Virus record (IMG/VR): IMGVR_UViG_3300025735_000009
Span: 13,615 to 77,614 of that record
Reading direction: 5' to 3' (one strand)
Source: a virus
Lineage: Duplodnaviria > Caudoviricetes
Length of the DNA: 64,000 bases
Within the stretch, counting starts at the first letter, position 1, and each line of letters begins with the position of its first letter. The notes below the pieces were generated by a model. It had not been told where the DNA came from and ran no database searches. It saw nothing but the letters and a program-made list of their open reading frames with translations. This document shows positions 44,903 to 52,738 of the stretch, piece after piece. The translations under genes and the position numbers were made by a program.

Positions 44903-45041
44903 CTCTGGCTGATTGTCCTTGAAGGCCCCAATAGTACTGGCCAGGTGATGCCGCGTAAACCTGTTTTCGCGCGTTCGCGCTTTCGTGTCAACGCGCGTTC
45001 GCGCCAACGGCGCCCACAAAAAAGCCCGCACGCGGCGGGCT
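44903..45041 (-). promoter_or_regulatory. Terminator (45015-45041) plus motif B cluster 7, -10 TACTAT and motif C
   Basis: CGCGCGTTCGCGC at 44968 and 44992; ATAGTA 44931-44936; CTCTGGCTGATT 44903-44914. Confidence 0.7.
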
Positions 45042-45062
45042 CTCTGGCTTCGGTACCGGGCG

Positions 45063-48000
45063 CTACAGCGCTTCGGCGGTCACTCGCAGCGCATAGTCGC
45101 GGTAGGCGTTGGACGCCTCGGCAAACAGGTCCTTGAGCTCAGCCTCGCCCCACTGCACATAGATCGATTCGAGACGCGCCAGCACCTCGGCGGGCGCTCC
45201 CAGGTCGGCGGTGCCTTCAATCAAGCGGTCGAGATAGGCCTTCGCGTCTTTCAATTGATCATCCTCGTCTGGCTCCGGGGGTGTCGGTTGTGGTGGCTCA
45301 GCTGGTGCTGGCGCGGGAGCCGCGAACATATCCCCTTGACCGATCGCAAACAAGCCCTCGCCATACTCCTGCTCGAGCTTACGGTTCGCCGCCCCAACGA
45401 TATCGGTGAAACTGGCCGGTGCGTCACCGAACAGGCCGGCGGTCTGCTTGCGGGCGTTCTCGCTCTCCACGAACTGCGCCATGGCTTTGAAGGCGGTCCC
45501 CATGCGCTTAGCGCTGCGGTTGTTCTGCTGGATGAACATCGCCATGGCAGCGACCGCGGGGTCGGTACCGCCGAACATATCGCCCTGGCGCAGGAATTCG
45601 TCCAGGCCCAGGCCGGCATCCTTGGCTTGGCGCAGAACGTTGGTGGCGCCAATGATGGCGTTTACCGCCTCCTGGTTGAGGGACAGCTCTACAGAGTCGG
45701 TGACCTTGCCGCCGGCATCCTCGGCGCCAACCCGGTCGAGCTCTTTGGCGCGCATGAAGTCCGGTGCTGCGCTGTTGAGGGCCGCGACGATGTTGGCAAT
45801 CTCCGGCTTGGCCACGTCGGCGGTCATTTCCAGCAAGCGGTCGTCGGAGTAGGCGCCAGCGAACAGCGCGGCCTGCAGGCGGCTGATCAGGCTGCTGGTA
45901 GGCTTACCATCGTTGGTCAGGTACTGCGCCGCCTCGGCATCGCCCAGCGACTGCAGGAAGGCCGCCACAAAGTCACGGTTTGCCGCGCTGTTGAGGTCGC
46001 CGTCTGCCAGCTTGGCCAGCATGGCCGCATCCAGGCGCCGGGCATCGCTGCGGGCCTTCTCGGTGGCGGTCTGCGCCAGCTTGTCATCCTGGTTGGCTTC
46101 CACGGCGAAGGCCACACGGTCTACCGCGGTCTTGCGCACGCGCACCAGGATGGGGGCCTTCATGCGGTTGATCTTGGCCACATCGACGCCGAAGTACTCC
46201 GCGTTCTCCACCAGCCATTCCCGGTACTCATCAGCGGCGCCGATGCGGTAGGCCTCTCGGACGGCCATGGCGCGACCGTTGCCCGATTCCACCACACGGT
46301 CAGCGCCAACGATCGGGGCGCCACTGTCTGCGCGCTGGGTGCGCCCCAGGCTGTCAGGGTCGAGGTTGCGGGCGGTTTTCTGTACCCAGGCCTGTGAAGT
46401 ACTCCGCGCGCGGTCACGCGGCTGGATTTCGGCCGGGTAGTCCGGGTTCGGGGTACCGTCGGTTTCGTGGCTGATCACCAGCTTGCTGGCCTCGATCACC
46501 TTGAAGCCAGTCACCAGCTTGGTGCCCTTGGCCGTTTTGACGGTGTTGTCGCGGCCCTCTGGCTCGATCTCGCCGGTGTCTTCGTTCTCCAGGTCCAGCT
46601 CGGCATCAGCTGCAGCCTGCGCGGCGGCCTCGGCCTGCTCGGCCAGGTGGGCGGCCAGCATGGCTTCGTCTTCCGGCGTTTCGGGCTGCACGGTGGCGGC
46701 TGCTCGCACGGCCGTGGCCGCTTCCTCTGGCGCCTTCCCGTCGGCGTACAGCTGCTGCATCAGCACCTCTTGGACCATGGCGATGCCGTCGGCGTCTCCA
46801 CGTTCGATGCCCATCAGGGCCGCCAGCGCGTCGAGCACCGCCCCCTCCCACTCCTGGTACGTGGGCTGGGCTGGCGCAGGCTCTGCAGCTGGTGCCGGCT
46901 GCTTGTCGAGCTCACGCAGCCCGAATCCGTCGGTACCGGCTTTTGCCGCTCGCACCAGGGCGCTACCCACGGCCGTCATCATCTGCTCTTTGGTACGGCT
47001 GGCGCCCATGCTGAAACCGGCCTGCAGGATCAGCGTGCGCAGCTCGCCGGGGGTTTCGATGCCCTCCACCACCTTGAGCGCAGCGTCAATGTCGCCAGCC
47101 TTGAGCGCGTCGGTGAACTTGGCCAGGTTGTCGCGGGTGTCAGGTGCTGGCGCGGGCTCATTGAACAAGCCAGGCTCAGCAGCTGGCGCGGCCTTCTTCG
47201 CCTCGAGCTGGGCGGTAAGGTCCTCAATCTGCTTGTCCAAGCCCTCCAGCTCGGCCATTTTGGCGGTTTCGGCGGCTTTCAAGGCCTCGATCTCGGCGTC
47301 ACGCTCGGCCTTGCTGGTGTTGGCCTGGATGAACTTGGCGCTGTTCTTCTCCACCAGTTTCATGATGCGGCGCGCGACTTCGCGCGGGTTCAGGTCCTGG
47401 CCGCGCTCAGGCGCTACTGTGATGGTGATATCGCGCTTGTTGAGCACCCACTTCCAGCTCACCATTTCATCGGTGGGCATCAGCTTGTTGGGGGTGGTGT
47501 CCGGGTTGTGGAAGAACACACTGATGCTCTGGCCATCATCCATCGTGAAGAGCATGGCCAGCTGGGTGGTGCCGCGGTTCTTGAAAGGCTTGCTGACTTC
47601 CACGCCCTCTGGCTTCACACCGGTGGCGGCCATCTGCATCACGCGCAGCAGCTGGTTGGCCTTGCGCTCGAACTTCTGCACCTCGACCACCATGGCATCG
47701 AGCATGGCGCCGTCACCGTCGCCCAGGTGCTCCACCAGGTCGGCCATGGTCGCCGCGTCCATCATCAGCCCATCGGTATCGCTGCGGCGCAGGCTGGCGA
47801 TCACGTCGCCCAGCGTCTCGCCTACAGGCATGCGCTTATCGTCCCAGCTCACGTATACGTCGGAGGTGTTCAAGTCTTCGTCCTTCTTCCACAGGTCCAC
47901 AGGTTCAAGCCGGGCGCTCATGTCGCCATTTTTCAGCCAGAACTTGAATTGCTTGATGCTGCAGGGGGTCAGGCTGCCCAGGCCGGTCCATCCCTTCTCG

Positions 48001-48407
48001 TAGCTGTTCATGTAGGCGTTACGGGCAGACTCTTCGTCAGCGAAGCCCAGCAGCACCTTGTGTTCGTCAAAGGTGCCGTCGCGGTTCACCTGGTTGACGA
48101 CAAATACGCGCTGGCTCTCCGGTACCGGGCCCACGAACACATCCACCGCATCGCCGTCGGCGCCAACGGTGCCGTTGATATAGCCGTAGTGCGCCATGCA
48201 CAGGACCGACCACGGCACACCGTCCGACTTGCCGCGACGTGGCTGGAACATGGGGGTTTCGATGGTGATGGGCATGCCGTGCAGGCGCACGCTGCCTTTG
48301 GAGTAGTTGCCGGCCCGGATCTGCTCGGGCGTGACAACGGTGCGGGAGCCGGAGCCGAAAGCCCCGGAGTGCGCCGCGCCCTGTAATTGCGAAAACGTGT
48401 CTGCCAT
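45063..48407 (-). CDS. darA: DarA-like protein fused to an inorganic-pyrophosphatase-like (InPase) domain and a DdrB-type ParB-like domain
   Basis: N-terminal GNYSKG...HYGYI.GT.GADGDAVDVFVG...FDEHKVLLGF (InPase); central DarA-type ...FTMDDGQSISVFFHNPD...WKWVLNKRDIT; QPRDR...GAPIVG....VESGNGR (ddrB-ParB); C-terminal DarA_C-like helix bundle. Confidence 0.75.
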   Translation of the reverse strand: MADTFSQLQGAAHSGAFGSGSRTVVTPEQIRAGNYSKGSVRLHGMPITIETPMFQPRRGKSDGVPWSVLCMAHYGYINGTVGADGDAVDVFVGPVPESQRVFVVNQVNRDGTFDEHKVLLGFADEESARNAYMNSYEKGWTGLGSLTPCSIKQFKFWLKNGDMSARLEPVDLWKKDEDLNTSDVYVSWDDKRMPVGETLGDVIASLRRSDTDGLMMDAATMADLVEHLGDGDGAMLDAMVVEVQKFERKANQLLRVMQMAATGVKPEGVEVSKPFKNRGTTQLAMLFTMDDGQSISVFFHNPDTTPNKLMPTDEMVSWKWVLNKRDITITVAPERGQDLNPREVARRIMKLVEKNSAKFIQANTSKAERDAEIEALKAAETAKMAELEGLDKQIEDLTAQLEAKKAAPAAEPGLFNEPAPAPDTRDNLAKFTDALKAGDIDAALKVVEGIETPGELRTLILQAGFSMGASRTKEQMMTAVGSALVRAAKAGTDGFGLRELDKQPAPAAEPAPAQPTYQEWEGAVLDALAALMGIERGDADGIAMVQEVLMQQLYADGKAPEEAATAVRAAATVQPETPEDEAMLAAHLAEQAEAAAQAAADAELDLENEDTGEIEPEGRDNTVKTAKGTKLVTGFKVIEASKLVISHETDGTPNPDYPAEIQPRDRARSTSQAWVQKTARNLDPDSLGRTQRADSGAPIVGADRVVESGNGRAMAVREAYRIGAADEYREWLVENAEYFGVDVAKINRMKAPILVRVRKTAVDRVAFAVEANQDDKLAQTATEKARSDARRLDAAMLAKLADGDLNSAANRDFVAAFLQSLGDAEAAQYLTNDGKPTSSLISRLQAALFAGAYSDDRLLEMTADVAKPEIANIVAALNSAAPDFMRAKELDRVGAEDAGGKVTDSVELSLNQEAVNAIIGATNVLRQAKDAGLGLDEFLRQGDMFGGTDPAVAAMAMFIQQNNRSAKRMGTAFKAMAQFVESENARKQTAGLFGDAPASFTDIVGAANRKLEQEYGEGLFAIGQGDMFAAPAPAPAEPPQPTPPEPDEDDQLKDAKAYLDRLIEGTADLGAPAEVLARLESIYVQWGEAELKDLFAEASNAYRDYALRVTAEAL

Positions 48408-48433
48408 GGCTGTCGCCTCGGATGAAAGCACAC

Positions 48434-48475
48434 ACGATATAGCGCCAGTGGGGGCCATCCTGGGGGCGGTTTCCG
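48434..48475 (-). promoter_or_regulatory. Late promoter 6 (CGGAAACC-N28-TATCGT)
   Basis: One-mismatch box 48468-48475, -10 48434-48439, upstream of the darA-like ATG 48407. Confidence 0.65.
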
Positions 48476-48487
48476 CCGATCTGCGGG

Positions 48488-48516
48488 CACAAAAAAGGCG
48501 CCTCAGTGGGCGCCTT
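48488..48516 (-). terminator. Intrinsic terminator after the par operon
   Basis: AAGGCGCC/GGCGCCTT stem plus TTTTTTGTG. Confidence 0.75.
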
Positions 48517-48523
48517 GTTCAAT

Positions 48524-48817
48524 TCAGCGCTGCGCGCGCGGTACCGGCTTGCGGTTTGTCTTGCGATCGCGATAGTCCATCAGCGCGCTTTCAAAGAACG
48601 AGTCTTTCTCGCCTGCGGCTTCTCGGGCGGCGTAGGCCTCCAGCAGCAGGTTGAGCAGGTCAGAGGGACGCGATAACCGAAGTTCAACGGTAGCGGTACG
48701 CATCGTCATGTTGGCGGATTTCTGCAGATGGGCATTGAAACGGTGGGTTTCGCCCGTCTCTTCAATTTCCTTGTCTACTTTGGCCCGGCTGGGGCGGACG
48801 CTAGGACGATCACTCAT
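48524..48817 (-). CDS. RHH centromere-binding partition protein (ParG-like)
   Basis: 97 aa directly after parA; HRFNAHLQKSANMTMRTATVELRLSRPSDLLNLLLEAY beta-alpha-alpha pattern. Confidence 0.65.
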   Translation of the reverse strand: MSDRPSVRPSRAKVDKEIEETGETHRFNAHLQKSANMTMRTATVELRLSRPSDLLNLLLEAYAAREAAGEKDSFFESALMDYRDRKTNRKPVPRAQR

Positions 48818-48846
48818 TGCTCACCTGGTCAGTCATATATTCAAAG

Positions 48847-48902
48847 GCGCGAACGCGTGTTTGCGATCATAGGGCAAAAGCGCGTTCGCGCCAAGGCGCG
48901 TT
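48847..48902. repeat. Motif B cluster 8 between parA and the RHH gene (candidate parS)
   Basis: GCGCGAACGCG 48847-48857 and GCGCGTTCGCGC 48880-48891 in inverted arrangement. Confidence 0.65.
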
Positions 48903-48904
48903 TG

Positions 48905-49558
48905 TCACGCCTGCAGCATGCTCAGGGCGTTATCGAGGATCAGCTCGATTTCTGCAATGGCTGCCTTGGGCTTCGGTTTCCAGTCGAATACCGACAAACC
49001 CTCGCCCGCGCTGTCGGCGTACACAATGCGCTGTTCTGCCTGTCCTTCGATGATTGGGAGGCCAAAGACATCGATCTCTTTGCGGATGGTCTTGGAGAGC
49101 TTGGTTTTAGACGCAACCCGGGTCATCACAAAGGCTGCTTTGAGTTCGCGCCCAGTGCCGGCCAAGTCGTCTTGGCGGTCCTTGATCATGTTGACCAGGT
49201 CCTCACACCCCCAAACGTCGAGCTTGGACGGTTGTACGGGGATAAGTACCAGGTCGGCCACCTTGATCGCCGCCTCAGCCAGCTTGTTGGCCTTCGAGGC
49301 GCCATCGATGATCACATACTCGGCGTTGATGTTGGCGACCTGCTTGGGGATCAGCTCCGGCCGGTCGATGCCGTAGATCCGTAGGGGCTGATCATCCCCC
49401 TGGCGGGCGGCTCCCACGTCGCGGGCGGTACCCTGCGGGTCAGAGTCGACCAGTACCGCGTCCATGCCACGGCGCACCATCGCTGCGAGCATGTTAATTG
49501 ACAGGGTGGTCTTCATGGCGCCGCCCTTCTGTTGCTGGATGGCGATTACCAAAGGCAT
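48905..49558 (-). CDS. parA: Type Ib (ParF-like) Walker partition ATPase
   Basis: QQKGGAMKTT deviant Walker A, DSDPQG, IIDG, DLVLIPVQPS; short, no N-terminal HTH. Confidence 0.93.
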   Translation of the reverse strand: MPLVIAIQQQKGGAMKTTLSINMLAAMVRRGMDAVLVDSDPQGTARDVGAARQGDDQPLRIYGIDRPELIPKQVANINAEYVIIDGASKANKLAEAAIKVADLVLIPVQPSKLDVWGCEDLVNMIKDRQDDLAGTGRELKAAFVMTRVASKTKLSKTIRKEIDVFGLPIIEGQAEQRIVYADSAGEGLSVFDWKPKPKAAIAEIELILDNALSMLQA

Positions 49559-49570
49559 ATGAACCTCAAT

Positions 49571-49665
49571 TATCTGGCTGGAAAGCCCGCACTATAGACT
49601 CAAAGCGCGTTCGTGCGAACCCTCCAACGCACAAAAGCGCGTAGGCGCCAACGCGCTTTCGCGCC
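49571..49665 (-). promoter_or_regulatory. parA promoter: motif C-like (49571-49580), -10 TATAGT (49591-49596), motif B cluster 9
   Basis: GCGCGTTCGTGC 49605-49616, AACGCGCTTTCGCGCC 49650-49665. Confidence 0.7.
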
Positions 49666-49737
49666 TTTGCACCTCGATCCCACAGCTTTGCCCCCGGATT
49701 TACTGGGCTCTTACCAAAGAACCGGCAATCTCGCGCC

Positions 49738-49765
49738 CACAAAAAAGCCCAGCATTTGCTGGGCT
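49738..49765 (-). terminator. Intrinsic terminator
   Basis: AGCCCAGC/GCTGGGCT stem plus TTTTTTGTG. Confidence 0.75.
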
Positions 49766-49782
49766 CTGGCGCACTCAATCGA

Positions 49783-50031
49783 TTACTGCTGGGCGTACTG
49801 CTGTATCGGCTGATCCTGCGGCGGGAGCTCGAAGTGGGATTGTGTGCACGGGTGCTGCTCGCTGCACCAGCTGCCCTCAGCCAGCATCTGACGATTGAGC
49901 TCGGCGTCGGCCACGGCCTGCTCATAGTCACCGCCGCCTACTAGGCCGAAACACATGGCCATCACTACACCAACAAGCAAAGTGGACACCGGGCCCAGGT
50001 ACTGCGCAGCGTTACGATCTTCATTACGCAT
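49783..50031 (-). CDS. Small single-TM protein
   Basis: LLVGVVMAMCFGLVGGGDYEQAV; AAAGGA RBS; motif C at 50049-50060. Confidence 0.6.
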   Translation of the reverse strand: MRNEDRNAAQYLGPVSTLLVGVVMAMCFGLVGGGDYEQAVADAELNRQMLAEGSWCSEQHPCTQSHFELPPQDQPIQQYAQQ

Positions 50032-50152
50032 GGGGTTGATCCTTTCGTTATCTGGCTGATAGGTGCTACGGAAAGGACATTAGCATTCCATTTATTTTTA
50101 GTAAATATATTCGATAGCGAATAGTTTATTAACCATTCAGAAAAGGGCTGTT

Positions 50153-50614
50153 ATGAAGATTCTCGTTTCTATCGCTGGGTACGGCGGCGCAGGCTCCAAA
50201 CCGATCACCTTGGCTGCCACGCGCGACGACGCCACCGGCGTTATGACCGTGGCCAAAGAGGTCAAATATCGGGAGGAAGCCCCCAAAGGCTATGCCTTTG
50301 TCACCAACGTCAAGTTGCCTAACTACGACTGCCTGTTCACTGAGGAACACTTGCAGACGGCCATCCTGGCGTACCGAGAGGGGGAAGGACTGACCACGTT
50401 CATTCTGGCTGATGACGTGGCGCGAAATCGTCCGCGGATAGAAACAGACGGAATCGACCCCAGAGGCCAGAAATACCGCTTGGCGGCGGACCTGACCAAT
50501 GGGGAAATGGCGGTGCTGGCGCTGGCCTATTTCCAGTCGCGCCAGCGCTCTGTGAGCTCGCTGACCAGCCAGATGGACCGCATCGCGAACCTGTACGACA
50601 TACTGTCGATTTAA
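50153..50614 (+). CDS. Conserved-looking phage hypothetical protein, counter-oriented
   Basis: 153 aa; only plus-strand gene in the right half; AT-rich divergent promoter region 50080-50150. Confidence 0.7.
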   Translation: MKILVSIAGYGGAGSKPITLAATRDDATGVMTVAKEVKYREEAPKGYAFVTNVKLPNYDCLFTEEHLQTAILAYREGEGLTTFILADDVARNRPRIETDGIDPRGQKYRLAADLTNGEMAVLALAYFQSRQRSVSSLTSQMDRIANLYDILSI

Positions 50615-52146
50615 TCCTGCGAGGCGTAGGGCTCGCCGAACGAGTCGTATCCGGCATCATCGAGTGCGTTGGTGCCCTTGCCCGTGATCAGGTACAGCCC
50701 CGACTCAGCTTCTACCATCCCCAGCGCCAGGAGCTCGGCAAGGGCTTCCTGATCGGCAATTTCTTCGCTCTCAGCCGCGGACACTGCCGCGATCGCCACC
50801 AGTTGCGCCAGTCCGGCATCACTGATGGTCACCGGCGCGCTATCCAGCATGGCGATCGCCCGTCGGTAGGCGTCCGCATTGCGCTTCTGCAGGCAGGCCT
50901 GATCGAATCGCCCCTCTGCGGCGTTTATCGGGTAATTCGTCTCCATCACATCCAGCGCGATGCGCAGCACTGCTACCGCCTCAGCGTTGGCGGCGCTGTC
51001 GAGCATGGCCGGATCAGCTGCCAGAACACTGCGAGCGTCCAGGTAAGCGTCCGCCAGCGTCATGTATGGGTGTGGCTCCTGCGGCTCTTTGAAGGCCTCG
51101 AGCGAGTCCAGCAGCATGGGGTTCTTGCTGTTGCGAATGTCCTCGGCCGTGGCCACGGATACCGAATCAACGTCATTCAGCACCGCATACATGGGCTGAT
51201 CACCCTCGGATTGAGCCGGCACCGCTAGCGTGTAATGCACTTTGGCTGCGCGCATGCTGGCGCCGATGACTTTAGCGGGAATGTCCATCCGGTTACCGTC
51301 CTGCTCCAGCCCCAGGAACACGTCGGCGCCAATTTGGAAGCGCGACGGGAGCTCGATCGGGCCCACCTGATCGACATACGCCTGGTTGACCAGCTTGAAG
51401 CCCAGCCATGACATTGGCTCGGGGCCTGCAGGCTGCGCCGGCACGCTATCCATCATGCTATCCGCCAGGGCCTTGCCGGATTCGGTCAGCCAGTTGGCGC
51501 CATCGTCGCACTGCACCAGGCCGGCCTCGAGCAGCTCACTACGCCCAACCTTGCTCGGTAAGTCGCCGTCTTCCAGCGGCCCACGCTTGGCCAGCGCCCG
51601 CAATACGTCCTCAGCGGCCCCACTGAGGGACTGTGAGGCTGGCGGTGTGCTGTCCGTCATGGCGCCCAGCTGCTGCTGCAGGTCGGCTACGGTGGCCTGG
51701 CGATCGGCGATCTGGGTGTCCAGCTCAGCCACGCGTTGCTGCAGCGCCTGCGCCATTTTCGGCTTTGGTGTGCTCAGGCCAGGGGGCAGGGCCACTTTCA
51801 CGCGCGCTTGGGCCTTCTGGAAGGCGGCCTGGTTCTTCTCGGCCAGGGCCGCCAGCTCGCCCACGGCCTTGGCCATGTCGTCGTGGTTCTTGATCGGCAC
51901 AACGGACTTGTTGAGCACGGCCTGGAAGATATCGCCGGTGTTGATCACGCGCAGGGTGATCAGCTGCCCGCTGGCCAGGGTCAATGTGGCCTCACGGTAG
52001 GTGATGCTGTTGCTGCGCTTTGCCTTCTCGACGAATTCGGTGGCCACCACCGGCTGCCCGGCGCGCACCATCCACTGCTTGACCTTCTTAAGCGCGCCTT
52101 CGGCCGCTGCTGCACTGGAAAAGTCCAGCGCGTTCAATACTGGCAT
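50611..52146 (-). CDS. Hdf/DarA_N-domain head protein
   Basis: MPVLNALDFS...M.RAG..VV......KR......RE..LT...GQ..TLR....GDIFQ..LN..V.PIKN.DD, DarA N-terminal pattern; multiple MLDS-type repeats. Confidence 0.7.
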   Translation of the reverse strand: MPVLNALDFSSAAAAEGALKKVKQWMVRAGQPVVATEFVEKAKRSNSITYREATLTLASGQLITLRVINTGDIFQAVLNKSVVPIKNHDDMAKAVGELAALAEKNQAAFQKAQARVKVALPPGLSTPKPKMAQALQQRVAELDTQIADRQATVADLQQQLGAMTDSTPPASQSLSGAAEDVLRALAKRGPLEDGDLPSKVGRSELLEAGLVQCDDGANWLTESGKALADSMMDSVPAQPAGPEPMSWLGFKLVNQAYVDQVGPIELPSRFQIGADVFLGLEQDGNRMDIPAKVIGASMRAAKVHYTLAVPAQSEGDQPMYAVLNDVDSVSVATAEDIRNSKNPMLLDSLEAFKEPQEPHPYMTLADAYLDARSVLAADPAMLDSAANAEAVAVLRIALDVMETNYPINAAEGRFDQACLQKRNADAYRRAIAMLDSAPVTISDAGLAQLVAIAAVSAAESEEIADQEALAELLALGMVEAESGLYLITGKGTNALDDAGYDSFGEPYASQD

Positions 52147-52177
52147 GGTCTGCCCCCATTGTTGGTGTCTGGGGGCC

Positions 52178-52219
52178 ATTGTGCCCCGCTGGAATAGGGG
52201 GCACGGCGGGGCGTTTGCG
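52178..52219 (-). promoter_or_regulatory. Late promoter 7 (CGCAAACG-N28-CACAAT)
   Basis: Box 52212-52219, -10 52178-52183, upstream of ATG 52146. Confidence 0.65.
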
Positions 52220-52738
52220 TTACATCGGCTCGCTAGGAGGGCCAAGCGCGGCTGTTGGGTGTTTGTGGTGCTGGACGCTGATGCCATCACTGGTCATATC
52301 GCCACCGGTCTGCGTGACCGGTCCCTTGAGGCCGATGGCAGCTGCGATCGCCTTGATATCTTGGGCGGTCAGCCTCAGCGACGTACCGCCCACCACCAGG
52401 TTGATCGACTCCCCGGCATTGATGTTGACCACCGCGTCAGCGTTGACCTCGAAATTGTCGTGGTTGAACCGGCGCCAGCCCACCTCATTGCCGATATGCG
52501 GGTTACGAAAGCCCATGATGACCGGATACCGCGGGTCCCCGTTGTGAAAGCTGATATTGACCGGCAGGCCCTCGACGATGCGAATCTCTGTATTACGGGA
52601 GTCATCGCCGATCGGGTAATTGATCTCGGCCAGAGGCCAAGTGCTGGCGCCATCGGTCAGCGGCGGGATCTCTACCCGGACCTCTCGCCGTGCGCGGTTC
52701 ACGGAACGAACAAACCCCGGGTAAATATCACTTGGCAT
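52220..52738 (-). CDS. Baseplate central spike (P1 gp5-like)
   Basis: OB-fold N-terminus (RVEIPPLTDG...G..V...F..GDPRYPVI.G); C-terminal GISVQHHKH metal-binding tip. Confidence 0.85.
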   Translation of the reverse strand: MPSDIYPGFVRSVNRARREVRVEIPPLTDGASTWPLAEINYPIGDDSRNTEIRIVEGLPVNISFHNGDPRYPVIMGFRNPHIGNEVGWRRFNHDNFEVNADAVVNINAGESINLVVGGTSLRLTAQDIKAIAAAIGLKGPVTQTGGDMTSDGISVQHHKHPTAALGPPSEPM

